Assembly (NCBI GenBank): GCA_051294905.1
Contig: CM119386.1
Location: 6,510,001 to 6,574,000 of the forward strand
Direction of reading: 5' to 3'
Origin: Botryllus schlosseri
Taxonomy: Eukaryota
DNA length: 64,000 nucleotides
The position numbers were made by a program, and so were the translations under genes. The notes beneath the pieces were generated by a model that saw nothing but the letters and a program-made list of their open reading frames with translations, did no database searches and was not told the origin of the DNA. Shown piece by piece: positions 51,097 through 64,000 of this stretch. The number at the start of each line of letters is the position of its first letter. Within the stretch, counting starts at the first letter, position 1.

Positions 51097-53830
51097 ATGC
51101 TGGCATTTGAGACACATGCATGATGTTCAATGTACATATACGGAGAAACTTTCTAATTACAACAACAATGGCCACAACAGTTCCATTTGCATTCGCTTGC
51201 GATCGTCGCATACCGAATAGCCTCCACGCAATTTTGTTGATGCAAACGAGGATGATAGTACTGCTCTTAACATGTCAATTAGATCTATATCGTCTGGCAG
51301 CGAATCTGCAAACATTCTCACCTGAAAGGACTAATATTTGCGAAACGGCATCATAGAAGAGCGTATAAAGATAACACAAGACGAGCCGCGTTGCAATTGC
51401 TATTCTGATAATGCAGCGTTCTGGTAACAAGTATACGGCCAGGCCTTTGTTCCCGAAATATTATCCTTGCCTCAAACGCGTCTCTGTGTCACATTATACA
51501 TTAGGAAAATGTTGCCATCCAAAGTACATGTGATCGTCACATTATGGTTATAGGGCCGGGTGTTCGAGTATCGAGCTTCATGACGTGACAAATGCATGAC
51601 TGATCTTACAGGTTCAAATACATTTCATGAGACCACAAATCACATAATGTAAGATTCATATCACGTTAAAGATTATTTGATCTGTTTCCTACCATATACC
51701 TATTTCATTGCGTTTTGTGAATATTCTGTGGGTTGACCACGACGTCCCATAACTGTCACGTTAACGGACGTGCGTAGCTTTACACTACATTTACTCGAAT
51801 CCCTGTGCCCTGCCCAAGTCATGGCCCGACGGATATTATTCGAATGGAATGGAATCGTATATGTTGATTAGGGGTTCTCCACCAGTGGGCCACAGGGGCA
51901 TTTTTGAGATGCTACAGAGCTATTTGGAAGATTGTAGATTTAGTGAAAGTTTAGTTGTATTTGTTACGTTATTCGCTCATCTAGCTTTTTATCCGACTGA
52001 TGAAACGTGTTGAGACGCATGGAGTCGCATGGAGTCGCAATGTACAAGTCGAAAATGGGGCTAGTGCGTCTATTATCCTTCGGCCTCGTCTATGGTGACA
52101 ACCAACGGCCAACAGCAACGAAAATAATATCGATTATATAATTACTGGAAGTCGATGCTGAAGTAGCCAAGTATTCCTTCTGGGTAATACGTCGTATGCC
52201 GTTTAAAGTGTGTGCATTAAACTCAAGACTGATGTGCGTTTGATGTAGGGGAGATGTGGTACCGATGGATCAAAAATTGCAAAATGATGTCTGGCCCTCA
52301 AATCTTCAGCCAAGAACAGCAGATCTTTTGCTGTCCCAACAGTTCGATACAAGCTCTACCTATCGCGGACATTTAGATGAATATCCGCCTTTTCAAAAAA
52401 TATTTATGAAGGTTTAAAATTTGTTGCTCGAACGTGTCATCGGTCCCCACCCGGTGGGTCCAAAGGCACACGACCATGGGACGTATGAGACACACGCTCA
52501 AAAACTCAAATTTGTTAACTTGTTTAGATGTGTACCATAAGCTAAGCTACAGCAAGCCAATTAGGAATGTTTCGTCGCGACCTCAAGAATAAAATAGAAT
52601 ATATCAACTCAAATGTTGGCATAAAACCACGTTTTGATTTACGCCTAAACTTACAAAATTAATGCCACATACATATTACCCGCAAATCGACATTTTGAGT
52701 TTCAGATACCTCGTAATAGCGATAAAACACCACAGGTACCTATGATATACAGCATATATATATATATGTAGACGAGTTTCTGTTGTTAAGTGATTAGTTG
52801 GTCCATCTATTTTGCTTGATTTGGCTATGGTACCATAGGTCCCCCACCCCATAAATATTGTAATTGACTTGAAAACAGTCCACTCGAGGATGGTATTGAT
52901 TAAAAAAAGATGTGCCATTATATACCCTGATACAAGCCCTATACTTCACATCAAAAATTATGGCGGGTTCGTTAGTCTGAAAGGTGATATAGAAAAATGA
53001 AAATGTCGATCCAAATTTACTTTACACCCCCTAAAACGTAAATCATTCGTCACAGACTCCATAACTCACGCAGGTCGATTTTTTTTTGCATGTGAGGAAA
53101 TATTCTGTCAGCATGTAATTGTAAACAAATTCACGGAGTCTAATCATGGAATTATTATGGAGAATTTTTCAAGTATTTTCGGTCCCAGTGATCCATCGGA
53201 ACCACATCTCCCCTATATTTTTGGTACTTCAGCTGGTCGTATTATTTTGATATAAAAATAGTGGTAATTGCAATTTATTATAAGTTATTAACTTCTGGAA
53301 GTATATGCGACACCACGGCAACGAAACGTACTGGATTTGGGATTTACAGCACTGCATAAATCTTTGTGGTGTCGGTCTAAAATTGCCCGGTCTTCATATC
53401 ATTGTAGGCTACGTAATGTATTCTATTTGGAAATGAAATGATATCGTGCCCAGCACTTTGTTTATTTAAAGGGCTTCTCGTTGTAATTTGTTATCGGTGA
53501 TAAATCCGTCAATTAGTGAACACGGCAGGAGTTTCCACCATAGTTTGACGAACACTTTCGAATACACATCCTTCTGCAGCTTTACGTACTTGAGCAGGTC
53601 TTGTGAATATTGATAATGTCTTATCACAAAACGCTTCCTGGTCTTTTACCTGGACATCGCCGATAAGGATACGCGCGGCCGCACGAATACACATAACTTA
53701 ATCCTCAATTAATCCATACTGCGAATTGAGATAACATTCGCAAATTTCAGATAAGCGAATGCATAGCTTTCATTCACCGAAGAATATATATAAATCATTT
53801 CCCGATAGGCTACGTGTAGCGGGGTAGCCC

Positions 53831-53860
53831 TATATAAATGAAGCTCGCCTTAGTTCAGTG
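53831..53860 (+). promoter_or_regulatory. Possible TATA box plus initiator upstream of copy G
   Basis: TATATAAA at 53831-53838 and TCAGT at 53855-53859; spacing slightly short; no expression data. Confidence 0.3.
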
Positions 53861-54222
53861 TTTCATTGAAAAATGTATAGTCGGTCGATAGCATGGACAA
53901 GTTCAGACGCCGTAAAAATGATTGTTTTAACTTATAACTAAGGAACTCCGGCATACTGTGTCGAGTTTCTTTAATATGGTTGCTGGAATAGGCGCCTTGG
54001 CAAGGCTGTAGAACTCAAATGTTTAGGTCAAGATGATGAACAGTTGCTGCCACGTGTGGTCTATATAATAATATGTGCAAGTCCAGTTAGGAATCGATCA
54101 TTCCTATACTTCAACTATGTTTCTATCAGGACGCTATTATTTTGATATCGTTGTATCGTTGTATCCGTATACACATTCGCAAATAGATTGAGGGATCCGT
54201 CGTCAACTTGGATACGAAAGCA

Positions 54223-57200
54223 ATGGCAGAAAAAACCGTTTCAGTCGCAAAAAGATGCGAGATCATCGAAAAACGCGTAGGCTGGGATGTTAATTACCGC
54301 CGGCACTTCCCAGGCAAGTCAGTACCACATGAAAGACCGCATTATGTCATTCACGACAAGATTGGGTCTGGTGGTGGAGGTACCGTATACTCGGGTGAGT
54401 TGAATTATTTCTGAGGGGTACTGGTTACTAGGCATTACAGAAATAGAGAACCGCCGGTTGGATTTTGACGAGCGCCCTTATATTTCCTAGCTCTAACAGC
54501 AGTAAACGAAATTTGCGGTACAAAATATGTAGCCAATTAACCTGAGGTAAATGGTGCAACTTGAACTTTAACAATGTCCCCTCTAATTTTATAGCGAGTC
54601 TGCGCGCACTCACCAACTCACTGCGCGGTCCCTTGAACAACAGTGCGTAACATTTTGAGATCCGAAAGAGGTCCGAAACAGAAGACAATGTGTTGACTAA
54701 AAATATGGTCATAACTTCGGCTTGACTCCCGATTTGCCCTGCATTTTTCCGGTAATGTGTTGTGTTGACTAAAATAAAGTCATCACCGTGACTAGACCCC
54801 CAAATTCCAAGATTTTTGCCGAAACTTTGACGTTCGCTGCATCGGAGTTATCGGAGAATGTAGTAGCATCGCATGTCACTACATTTTCTACATCTGTACA
54901 TCGAAAATGGTCGTCAGTTTGATTTGGTGATCATCAGTACCTTCTGCAAAAGATGTAGTGATTTTTTTTGTGTGTGCGCGCAGACTTTATCAGCAGTCGC
55001 TTAACAGGAACGTGAGTAACGAAACATTTCATAGCATTGTCTCATTAGCCGCGGAGAAGCAAGTCTGCTTATACTGATATATTAGACTCAGAATAAATGA
55101 CGGGCCGTGGTATTTAAGGCTAGACTAAATCAGGTTTATATCGACCGAGACGGACGCAAGTCGCAATGTTTTGGTGACTCGACTTGACTCGAGTCATTTT
55201 CTAAAACATGGAAAATGATTCCACTCGACTTGGGGCAATTTGTGTATTGACTCGACTTGCGCTCAAGTCACTGCGCATGACTGGATCAAGTATATGACTC
55301 GGACTCGTGACTCGGACGGCCAAGCCAGATATTTCCTTATAACTTCGCAGAATAGTAAGCTACCACATTATTGGTATCTCGTCTATCAGTATAGGCTACT
55401 ATTGCTTGTAGAATTAAGTCAGAAACTGCGTAAAGGATGAAAATTATTATAATATGAATGCGAGGCATTCAATTTCACCAAAAAGGAGTTGTAAAAAAGT
55501 GAGTTGAATAGGATTGAACTCGAAAATGAACAGTGAACACAATAACTTGAACTGTTACTCAGGCTCTGACTCGTGTAGCACTCGAAGCAACCTGAATAAC
55601 AAAATATTGTTGCCTCTGCATTCATGTTAAGATTTCTCTTCAACAGGAACCAGGGTAAGCGACCAACTCCAAGTAGTTATAAAATACATTCGCGGGGAGA
55701 AGGTGAAGAGATGGGGTACATTGAACGGCTGCTATGTGCCCGCCGAATTTTTTTTCCTGCACACTCTGACAATTTCTGAGAGCCCAGGTAAAGTATACGG
55801 AAGACTTCTAGTCGTCCATCGAAAGAATCACAAACGCGTATTCTTTCACAAAGGTGGTCAGTAACGATATATGATATAGGATAGTATAGCCAAATATATA
55901 GTATAGCCAATTGTACGCACTATTTCCATTTATACCTACAGTAACGACATAGGCCTACTTCTACTTTTCCGGAGTATGGAGATATATTTTCTCTAATACG
56001 CCCACTACTCACTTTAAGAGGTTACGTATTTAGGCTACGCCTATATATCATTTGCATGACAACGACATGATGCATACCCTGTAATTCGGCAAATTGCACC
56101 TACTTCCATAGCGATTAGCATAACTGGTCAGCATGACGCGGTAGGCCCTACATCCACATTTATGGAGTACCCAAGTATGTGTTACACCTATACTTTTAGC
56201 ATTTACTCAAATGGTTATGTATTCACCTCCAGTACTTCATCCTTTACTCAAGTTTTTTTCTTCTGAATTTTAGTAGTATTTGGATTGATTTGCATTGCTT
56301 TTGTCAATGAAATTATCATAACAACCGAAAGAAATTTCCCCTGTATCATGGTAACAGGATATTTTCGAAAATTGCTTTATTTGTAATGACATCAGTAATT
56401 TTGCATAGTCGCAAAGATTTATCTTGAAGTTTGGAATATAGCTCCTCCCGAATTTGCAACTAAATGTATATGCGACACCTCTACCAAATCTACTTTTCAA
56501 AAACTATATACTTGAGTGTTTTTCAGATCTCTCATATTATACCCGACTTGATGTAGTTTTAGTATGTTTTAGAAATCAGTACTACTGCATGTAATTGTGT
56601 CGAAATTTTGGGCATCACTTCTACCTACACTTGAGTAGCAATGGTGACTATACTTTTAACCTGCCTGCAGCCATGGCTATTATTCATCCTGCGTTAGTCG
56701 CTATGCTATGCCTTGTTCAATTTCGAAATCTGAAACTGGTGATCTACTATCAAAAGTATAAGACGCCTATTCCAAGCCTACTGATTCAAACTACGTATAG
56801 CCTACTTGGGTACCTCTGAGGTCTTTCGTGATCTTGCTTCTACTAAAATCCGATTTCACATGCCTCGAGAATCGCTACTTCAACTTGTATAGGTTACTGG
56901 TTATACGTTTTCCTCTAATTGAGTAACATAATGACAACACTGATCGCCTTTCTTCTTATACTGCTGTTGTATACGTCACAGGAGTAATCCGGATGATTGA
57001 GTGCTTTAAAGACAATGCAGCATACGTACTAGTGATGGAGCGTCTACCGCACGTTACAGATTTGAACGACTTCTTAAACGACCGCGGTTCCTTGTCAGAA
57101 GATGATTGTCGCGGTATTGTCCATCAACTAGCTAACGCGCTTCTGCGTTGTCATGAAAATGAAATCGTCCATCGTGATATCAAACTAGAAAACATTCTCA

Positions 57201-58173
57201 TCAATCCACACACCCACGACGTGACACTTATCGATTTTGGATGCGGCACCAAGTTGACGGTATGTAGCCTACTCGATAATATGTATCATATCCCGATAAT
57301 GTTAAACGCAACAACCGGTGAAGATTCGATCTTCAAAACCAAATCAAAGATTAGTTTCATACCATGTCGAGGCCCAAGCGCTATATGGCTCTCGAAAGTA
57401 GCACGAAAATTTGGGATAATGTCACATCCCATCACAAAGTACTAATCCCACTCAGGATTAAGGATTCTTGTAAGCCATGATCGGGACAAAATTTGAATAT
57501 TTTCTTCAGCCCGTCTGTTTGATTGGGGTTGGTGTCTATATGGACTGGACACATTGGGCAGTGATAAATTAGCAAGGATGGATAAATTCATATCGATATT
57601 ATTATTGTTATTGTCGTCGACGGACCACTTCAGTCTCTCTCACTCACACTCACTTGCATGCAAATTTGACTTGGAAAAATGTCGGAGTTTGACACTACAA
57701 TCAAATACACCAGTGTGTTGTCTGTGTTGATTAGTCAAATGCACCATTTGCTCCCCTCTTTTTCTATGACAAGATAATTATATTTATTAGCGAGTTATTA
57801 TTTACAGGTGATCCCTGAACTGCAGCTATCCGGAACTCGGGTTTACTATCCCCCTGAATGGTACACAGAAGGTTGCTACTTCGGAGATCGCCTCGACATC
57901 TGGGGTCTTGGCATCGTGCTGTACATGATGGTCGAAGGACGACGGCCATTCAACAACGAGGAGGAGATTGTAAACTGTAAAGTTTATCACAGTCTGGACA
58001 GAAAGTTTTCCAAATCGTATCGAAGCCTTATTAAAGGTTTGCTACATAAGGACCAAGAAAAGCGTCCCACCCTCGAGGATATTCTGGCACATCCCTGGCT
58101 ATGTCACTATATGCAGGAGCCTAGAGTCAGAAGGGGATTGTTCAGTTCATTATTCAAGCGCTTCCGAAGATGA
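54223..58173 (+). CDS. Intact Pim-like Ser/Thr kinase copy G, 318 aa; join(54223-54394,55647-55787,56982-57259,57808-58173)
   Basis: Exons sum to 957 nt, phases 1,1,0, GT-AG introns, no stops. IGSGGGGTVYSG, VVIK, VPAEF, VMERLPHVTDLNDFL, HRDIKLENIL, IDFGCG, SGTRVYYPPEW, DIWGLG, RPTLEDILAHPW. Exon 2 is absent from the ORF track and was found by reading. Confidence 0.9.
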
Positions 58174-59064
58174 ACTAAATCAACTTTTTTATACTTCTTC
58201 TACTTGTCATGTCTTCATTTTCGCCTTCCACTTGAAGTAGTTTCCCATCACTACAGTATTTCTACCTGCATACTGGACTAGAAGTTTGTGTCGTCTACTT
58301 CTCGTGTACCAACGCTGACTACTTTGATCACCTCTGATTACACTGGTCAACACAATTTTTGTTGATTTCGATCTGACAGTTGAACGACTAACTTTCGGAC
58401 GCCGACTTCAAAAATGACTTCGGTTTTTCTCTATCACGTCAGGTTTTTGGGTTAGGCACCCACCACATAGGCTCATAACCCACATAAAGGTACTACTTTT
58501 AGTATATTTCATTTTTTTTATAAAACGTTTCAAAAACCACGAGTAGTCGAAAGTAGATCAATAGACTCCAAATAAACATTTGCACTGCTTTATTTGGTTG
58601 ATTTAAACTGATATTGCGTCTGCAGGACTAATAAAGTTCGGGTTTCAGGGTCCAAATGTACGCTAATAACTCATAATTCTGTGGGTTGTGCCGAGCAATA
58701 GTCAGCCAACATATCTAAGCTACAATCTACTCTGGCATCTTACCCCCGTCATTTTCAGATATTGGGGTAGGGGTAGGTTACTCTCTCCTTTCCCCTCGCA
58801 GACTATGCCAAGGTTTTCCGGTAAATTATTTAGATATTTTAGCTTTTTTGAATGTCTGCTGTCCGACATAAACATATTGCACTGTCACATGTCTGTCAGG
58901 GTTACATGTGCATCCTTATTGTCGGACCACTAAGAAACACAATATTTCAAAGCTGATACATATGATCCAATCGTGCTTGTGATATTGCAACAATTCAATG
59001 TTTCTGTATTATTCTCAATGTTTCTGTATCATTCAGGATGACTAACTGAGTGTGCTATTGGTAA

Positions 59065-62000
59065 CAGACATGGGGTGATTACTTCATGAATGTAATCGAT
59101 TGCGATTACGATTACTTACGAATCACGCGATTACGATTACGATTACGATTACAGCAAAATCAGGAAGTAGTCGATTACGATTACGATTACATTGGTAAAG
59201 TAATCACGATTACTCACGATTACATTCATTTTGCTTCTTAAAACCAATCTTAGAAGATATTTGGAAGGCAATATAAGGATTGCGACGGAAGGACTAAAAT
59301 GTGATAACTTTCTTTCTATATATGATACGCCATTTGCTTGTTACGTCATAATGGGCCCATTATCCAACTTGAGGGATGATTTCTCGCACCCTCCAATTTG
59401 TATTCTTGTCACGTGCGTAACTTCCGCACCCAAATTATGTTGAGAACGAGCTCGACGGGGACTAAAAAGTAGGGATGGTGCGAAATGCGAACCCCTGGTA
59501 GGTTCAGATTCGTGTGAACACGAATTTTTTTGAAAGGTTTTGTCTGTGCGAACTCGAACTTTAACATTATGACGTCACGTGTCGTCATATTGGTAATTAC
59601 AACTCTACATATCAGTGAAGCGATATATAAATGTACGTACACGATACCTAGCGACGACTCGGGCCACATCATGCCACAATGCTGAAGTACATGCTGAATT
59701 TTTAAAATACACAAAATATATCAACTTGAGCAATAAAATGATATAATAATCACATAAAATCAATATCTTCCGTCGCTTTGCCGACAATTTTGACGAGGAC
59801 TTGCAAGGGAATATAAGCTTACGCCTTAATGGACGAGGACGGACCGGACAATGTATTCGGTGTCCGACTATTGCGACATTGATATTGGACAAAGTGTAAA
59901 ACTGGATTCTATACTTGCTACCGATATTAGCCAATAAACAAGTTATACAACAGTAGCCAACACCCTAATCGCACAGATTTGTTTTTTATGCAAATCAAGA
60001 TGGAGACCGTACGCCTGCTGGATTTTTTACATAAGAGAACGACGTATTCTTCATATCAATTTCAATATTGGTTGAATAAGCATCATTCGCTGACACTATA
60101 CATATACTGTTATTCGTTCGTGATGTTGTGTGATTGTGGGTCAATCTCACAGCATAGAGTTAATACATATTCAAAGTAGGAAAGCTGAATATTTCGAGCA
60201 AACCATTGTAACAAAGCATGGAAAATTTTAGAGATTGGCAAGTTGTTTGATCGTTTAGTGTTGGTTTTTTTATGCTGCCAGCGCCTTGCATAGAGTGGCT
60301 TGAAGTTGACGTGCAAAGAATTTAAACCAAAGATGTAATAATGACGTGGAAAATTGTAATAGCCTACGTGAAAAAGGTTCACAGTGCAGAACCTACGAAA
60401 GTTCGTTTGTGAACGTGAACCTATAGATTTTATGAGGTTAACACACAATACGCGAACGTGAACCTCACGTTCACACCATCCCTACTAAAAAGTATTTCGT
60501 AAATCAACATAAATTATAGAGTATTTTTTAAGAGACCTAATTTACTTGAAAATATTCTTCGAGGTTCGCGATTTAATGTCTCTAGATAGCTTGACTTTGA
60601 AATGCATACGTCTCCCCCAAGAAAAAGGCATGTCTGATTCATAGGAATAGGCATTACGGTGCTGGTCATTACCGCGCCACGACACTCCAAAAAACATATG
60701 CAGTTTCGACCAGAATGCGACTTCACGAAGTGTGCTACCAAAGAAAGACCAAGGCCGGAACTTTAGGTATGTGTCCATTGTCAATAGCCACGCTAGCTGG
60801 GCGTGACGAATAGTCCTGTCCTTCCAATCGGAGCCCCACAATACAAATGTCACCCGGGACCCCCACAGAGGAATGAAGACATGGCAGTTTGTGTGTCCGT
60901 CTCACGAAAGTTTCAGTCTGATACCTTTGGGCGACTATACAATATCTTTTGATTATATAACAGACGGGAGATAACGAAACTACAATAGAGTAATTATAAC
61001 AACATATAAGATGTTATAATTATGAATTACGTGCTCCCAGCTCTAACGGTAAATGTGAACATCGAGGGCCGAGAGAGGATTAAAAATGAATAGTAATATA
61101 ATGCGATTACCAATATAACTGATGAGATTCAGTCATCAACCTGAAAATTGACGTGGTGGGGGACGAATTGCTGTTATGGTCCTGATTCTAGCTACAACCC
61201 AGGCTAACTAGTTGTGTAAGCGGATGGTTATGGCGGCAGGTCCAAATGTTGGTTGAGTAAAGAATTGCGAAATAGCGATTGGCGCCCGTTTCAAGTACAG
61301 TCGTATGAGTAAAAGATAAAATGAACATAAAATTCTGCCTTCCACTTAATAGAGTCACTGCAAGCTGACGTTACGTGAAACAGCAAAAAATTGCTCGGTC
61401 ATGATATATATATCAGCAGCTGTTGGTTTTAATACTTCTTTGTGAAACTCATAATGTTTCAGTTGACGAATACAAAATTTCAAATCGTTCTCCGGTGTAA
61501 TTACGCACGTACATAGACCTACTGCTCGCCAAGCAACAGCGGTCAAACTGCGTTTTAGCTAAGCATAATCAAACATCAATACGTGAGTTACTATTTGAAA
61601 CTATGGTTTGAAACTAGGCAGGGTGATGACTATTATCGTGCTGCGAGGTAGTGGCGTCTGCAGTGTATTGATAACCTGATATACAACATGACGAGTGTTC
61701 TTACAATTACACTACAATGTACAATGTCCATCGAGTATCTATTTACTAAGTGTGGAGTGGCTACTTCTTACGCAATAACAAGCAAAGCTAATACTTCTGA
61801 CGTAATAATGAGCAGTGGCGTTTGAAAATCTGACGTTGATGCAGTCATTAAACCTGGTATAATATCTCCTTCTTGTTCACGAATGTTCAGTTTATGTCAT
61901 ATTCTTCGTACTAATAGAAAGTAATCGTTATTTCACAAATAAATCGATTAGATATGTGAAGTAGTCGATTACGATTACGATTACTTCGGATTTTTTTCGA

Positions 62001-62087
62001 ATGTAATCGATTGCGATTACGATTACTTCAAAATGCTGTAATCGTCGTAATCGATTACGATTACTAATCGAGATTACCCCATGTCTG
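59065..62087. mobile_element. 3.0-kb non-autonomous hAT-type element with GATTAC subterminal arrays
   Basis: TIRs CAGACATGGGGT / ACCCCATGTCTG. 8-bp TSD ATTGGTAA (59057-59064, 62088-62095). CGATTA(C) arrays at ~59080-59225 and ~61965-62075. Confidence 0.9.
59470..60484. mobile_element. 1015-bp Ac-type hAT MITE nested in the 3-kb element
   Basis: TIRs TAGGGATGGTG / CACCATCCCTA. 8-bp TSD CTAAAAAG (59462-59469, 60485-60492). Confidence 0.9.
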
Positions 62088-63978
62088 ATTGGTAATGCGC
62101 CTAATATATTGCCATTTTGGAGAATGCCCCACTATAGGATCATTTTTTTAGTTTAGTTACCAATAGACATTTGCCATTCTTTTGAATTGTAAATCTGGAT
62201 TCCCAACTCCTCCAGCAACCAATAGTAATTGGTAACAGTATTATACCAATGCCAGTGTCACGGCAATACACAGAGCTATACCGAAAGTAGCCCTACGATG
62301 AAAACGCAGTTTCTCATGATCGAAAGTGAGATATCGTCTCTCCCTTGCCAAGTAATCTTTTCTCAATTCGCAAGGATGCTAAAAGTTCCGAATATTTCTC
62401 TTCCAAATCCCAAAGCCTATGTTAGATCATTTAACCTGTGTTGATGGACTACTCTACGTTCAGAATCATCTTCGATTTAAAAATTTTCATCATTAGGCCT
62501 GATATCCCTAAGATCTTCATCTTGATCCCAATTAGCGAGCGTAGAGGAGTTTCAAGTTACACTGGGTAAAAGCTCAATGGGGGATTAGACCTATAGCCTG
62601 TAGTAAATGTAATGTTTATTTTTCTTTCCATATCCTGCAGTTTGCATCAAATATGTGTCTGATATATCCTTGGATGATTGCATCTTCTAACCAAAAATGG
62701 ATGAAAGCATCGCCCTAGATCGAAACCAGAACCTTTTTTCCTAGTAATTTAATTGACCTCTTGGATATATAACTTATTCTATGATAAAAGTGTGGATTTC
62801 TCTATGGAATGAAAAATTAATATGGATACACACGTGAAAATTTGCATATTTTGGGCATATGTCGTAGAGCAAAAACTTGGCGTAATAGAAGACAACCTGC
62901 GGCATTTTTGGAATGAGCACGTCAAAATTAGCCCAAATCAAGTCCCAAATCGAAGTCAAAAAATTTTTCGTTCAAAATTGTTGCCCAGTGTTATACATTC
63001 CTTATTGTAATTCCAATGATATTATGCAGCAATGAATTTTGTAACCTTTCAGTTTATATGATTTCATCAGTCCCATATGGTCATTGGTCATGCGTCCCCT
63101 CTCCAGAGATTCGTTTGGGCAGCAAGTTGTAAGTAAGCGTTCATCTTCATACAATATGAGGCGATTCCTTCATTTTTAAGAACTCTTGGACCAAAGTGAC
63201 CAAAAGCCCTCATATTCTCAATTGAAGGCTTCGCTGCCAGTGAGCCACATGAGCGTTCTATATAGTTTTCTGTCCAACCGGACGTCCCCTACCTTTGTCT
63301 ACCATAGTAGAGTAGAGTAGAGTAAAATGAACGGAAAGGTGCGCCTAAATAGTCTAACAAGAAGTAAGGGGCAATAAGGAATATCCGTATTACCGGTTTA
63401 TACTATAGTTATATAACAGTGATGAAGGCAGTGGTAATTCTGAAACCTACTCCATCACGGTCGACATGAGATTTGAAAATATGAGACCAAGCAATCCGGC
63501 CATGCATAATAATATTGTAAAATCTGACGTTCGAAGCAATCATTGCTCGAGAACAGCATGGGCATTATATTCAGGGTTGTAATGTCTCGACTCGACTCGA
63601 GTCACGCTTTTTCGTTAGCTTTGCTTGACTGGAGTCATTATCATAAACCTCCATCTCCATCATCTATTTTGTACAATCCTTCCAGCAATCAATCTTGTCG
63701 AGTACTCCTTGTTAATTTTCAAGGTTTACAGGCAATTCATGTGTGTAGTTTATATCGATACGATAAACGATGAAAATATTAATAAAACTGATTGATTGAT
63801 CGAAGAAGTGCCAAAAAGTTTACTAGTTATATTTTGAATAAATGGGCATTGGACGTTTTCGTACACCCGGTGTGAAAGATTGCCTCGCCATGCTGACGCA
63901 ACCAACTATTGAGAGGAGTACGACATATCACGCCAGGTCGATGTGAGCAATACCATCACCCTCAATTTAATTCTAGTG

Positions 63979-64000
63979 CAGGGGTGGCCAACCTTTTTGC
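63979..64000. mobile_element. Left end of another Buster-type MITE (family of 3926-4647), cut by the window edge
   Basis: CAGGGGTGGCCAACCTTTTTG preceded by TTCTAGTG, a Buster-like target. Confidence 0.6.

Larger units (their letters stand above)
58341..62990 (-). mobile_element. Chapaev3-like (CMC superfamily) DNA transposon remnant, ~1.6 kb net, host of nested hAT elements
   Basis: TIRs CACTGGTCAACACAATTTTTG / (rc) CACTGGGCAACAATTTTG. 3-bp TSD TTA. Minus-strand pieces RLNDL, LLEELGIQIYNSKEWQ, LQNGNILGALP|IAHSV, LQYHKHDWIIC, LPENLGIV; the reading continues across the nested insertion. Superfamily name is from memory of these motifs. Confidence 0.75.

Overview
AT-rich eukaryotic genomic DNA with GT-AG introns and no obvious CpG depletion, probably an invertebrate animal; the taxon cannot be fixed from the sequence. 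The backbone is a tandem cluster of Pim-like Ser/Thr kinase genes. Two copies are complete and intact (C 12997-17578 +, 423 aa; G 54223-58173 +, 318 aa). One is open as far as visible and runs off the left edge (A, minus). Two are full-length pseudogenes from a ~6 kb segmental duplication (B, D). Minus-strand remnants lie at 36452-40975. The cluster is heavily invaded by transposons: three RNase H-bearing I-clade-type LINEs; a Gypsy LTR element with identical LTRs and an apparent self-priming site; an older CsRn1-like Gypsy remnant; a Buster/Charlie hAT inserted in a kinase exon; several 8-bp-TSD hAT MITEs, one nested in its own inverted copy; and a Chapaev3-like element carrying a nested hAT and MITE. 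A three-exon 3' fragment of a tryptophan 2,3-dioxygenase (TDO) gene is stranded at 49486-51096. No CRISPR, rRNA or tRNA genes were seen. All alignments and family assignments were made by eye or from memory of family motifs; no searches were run.
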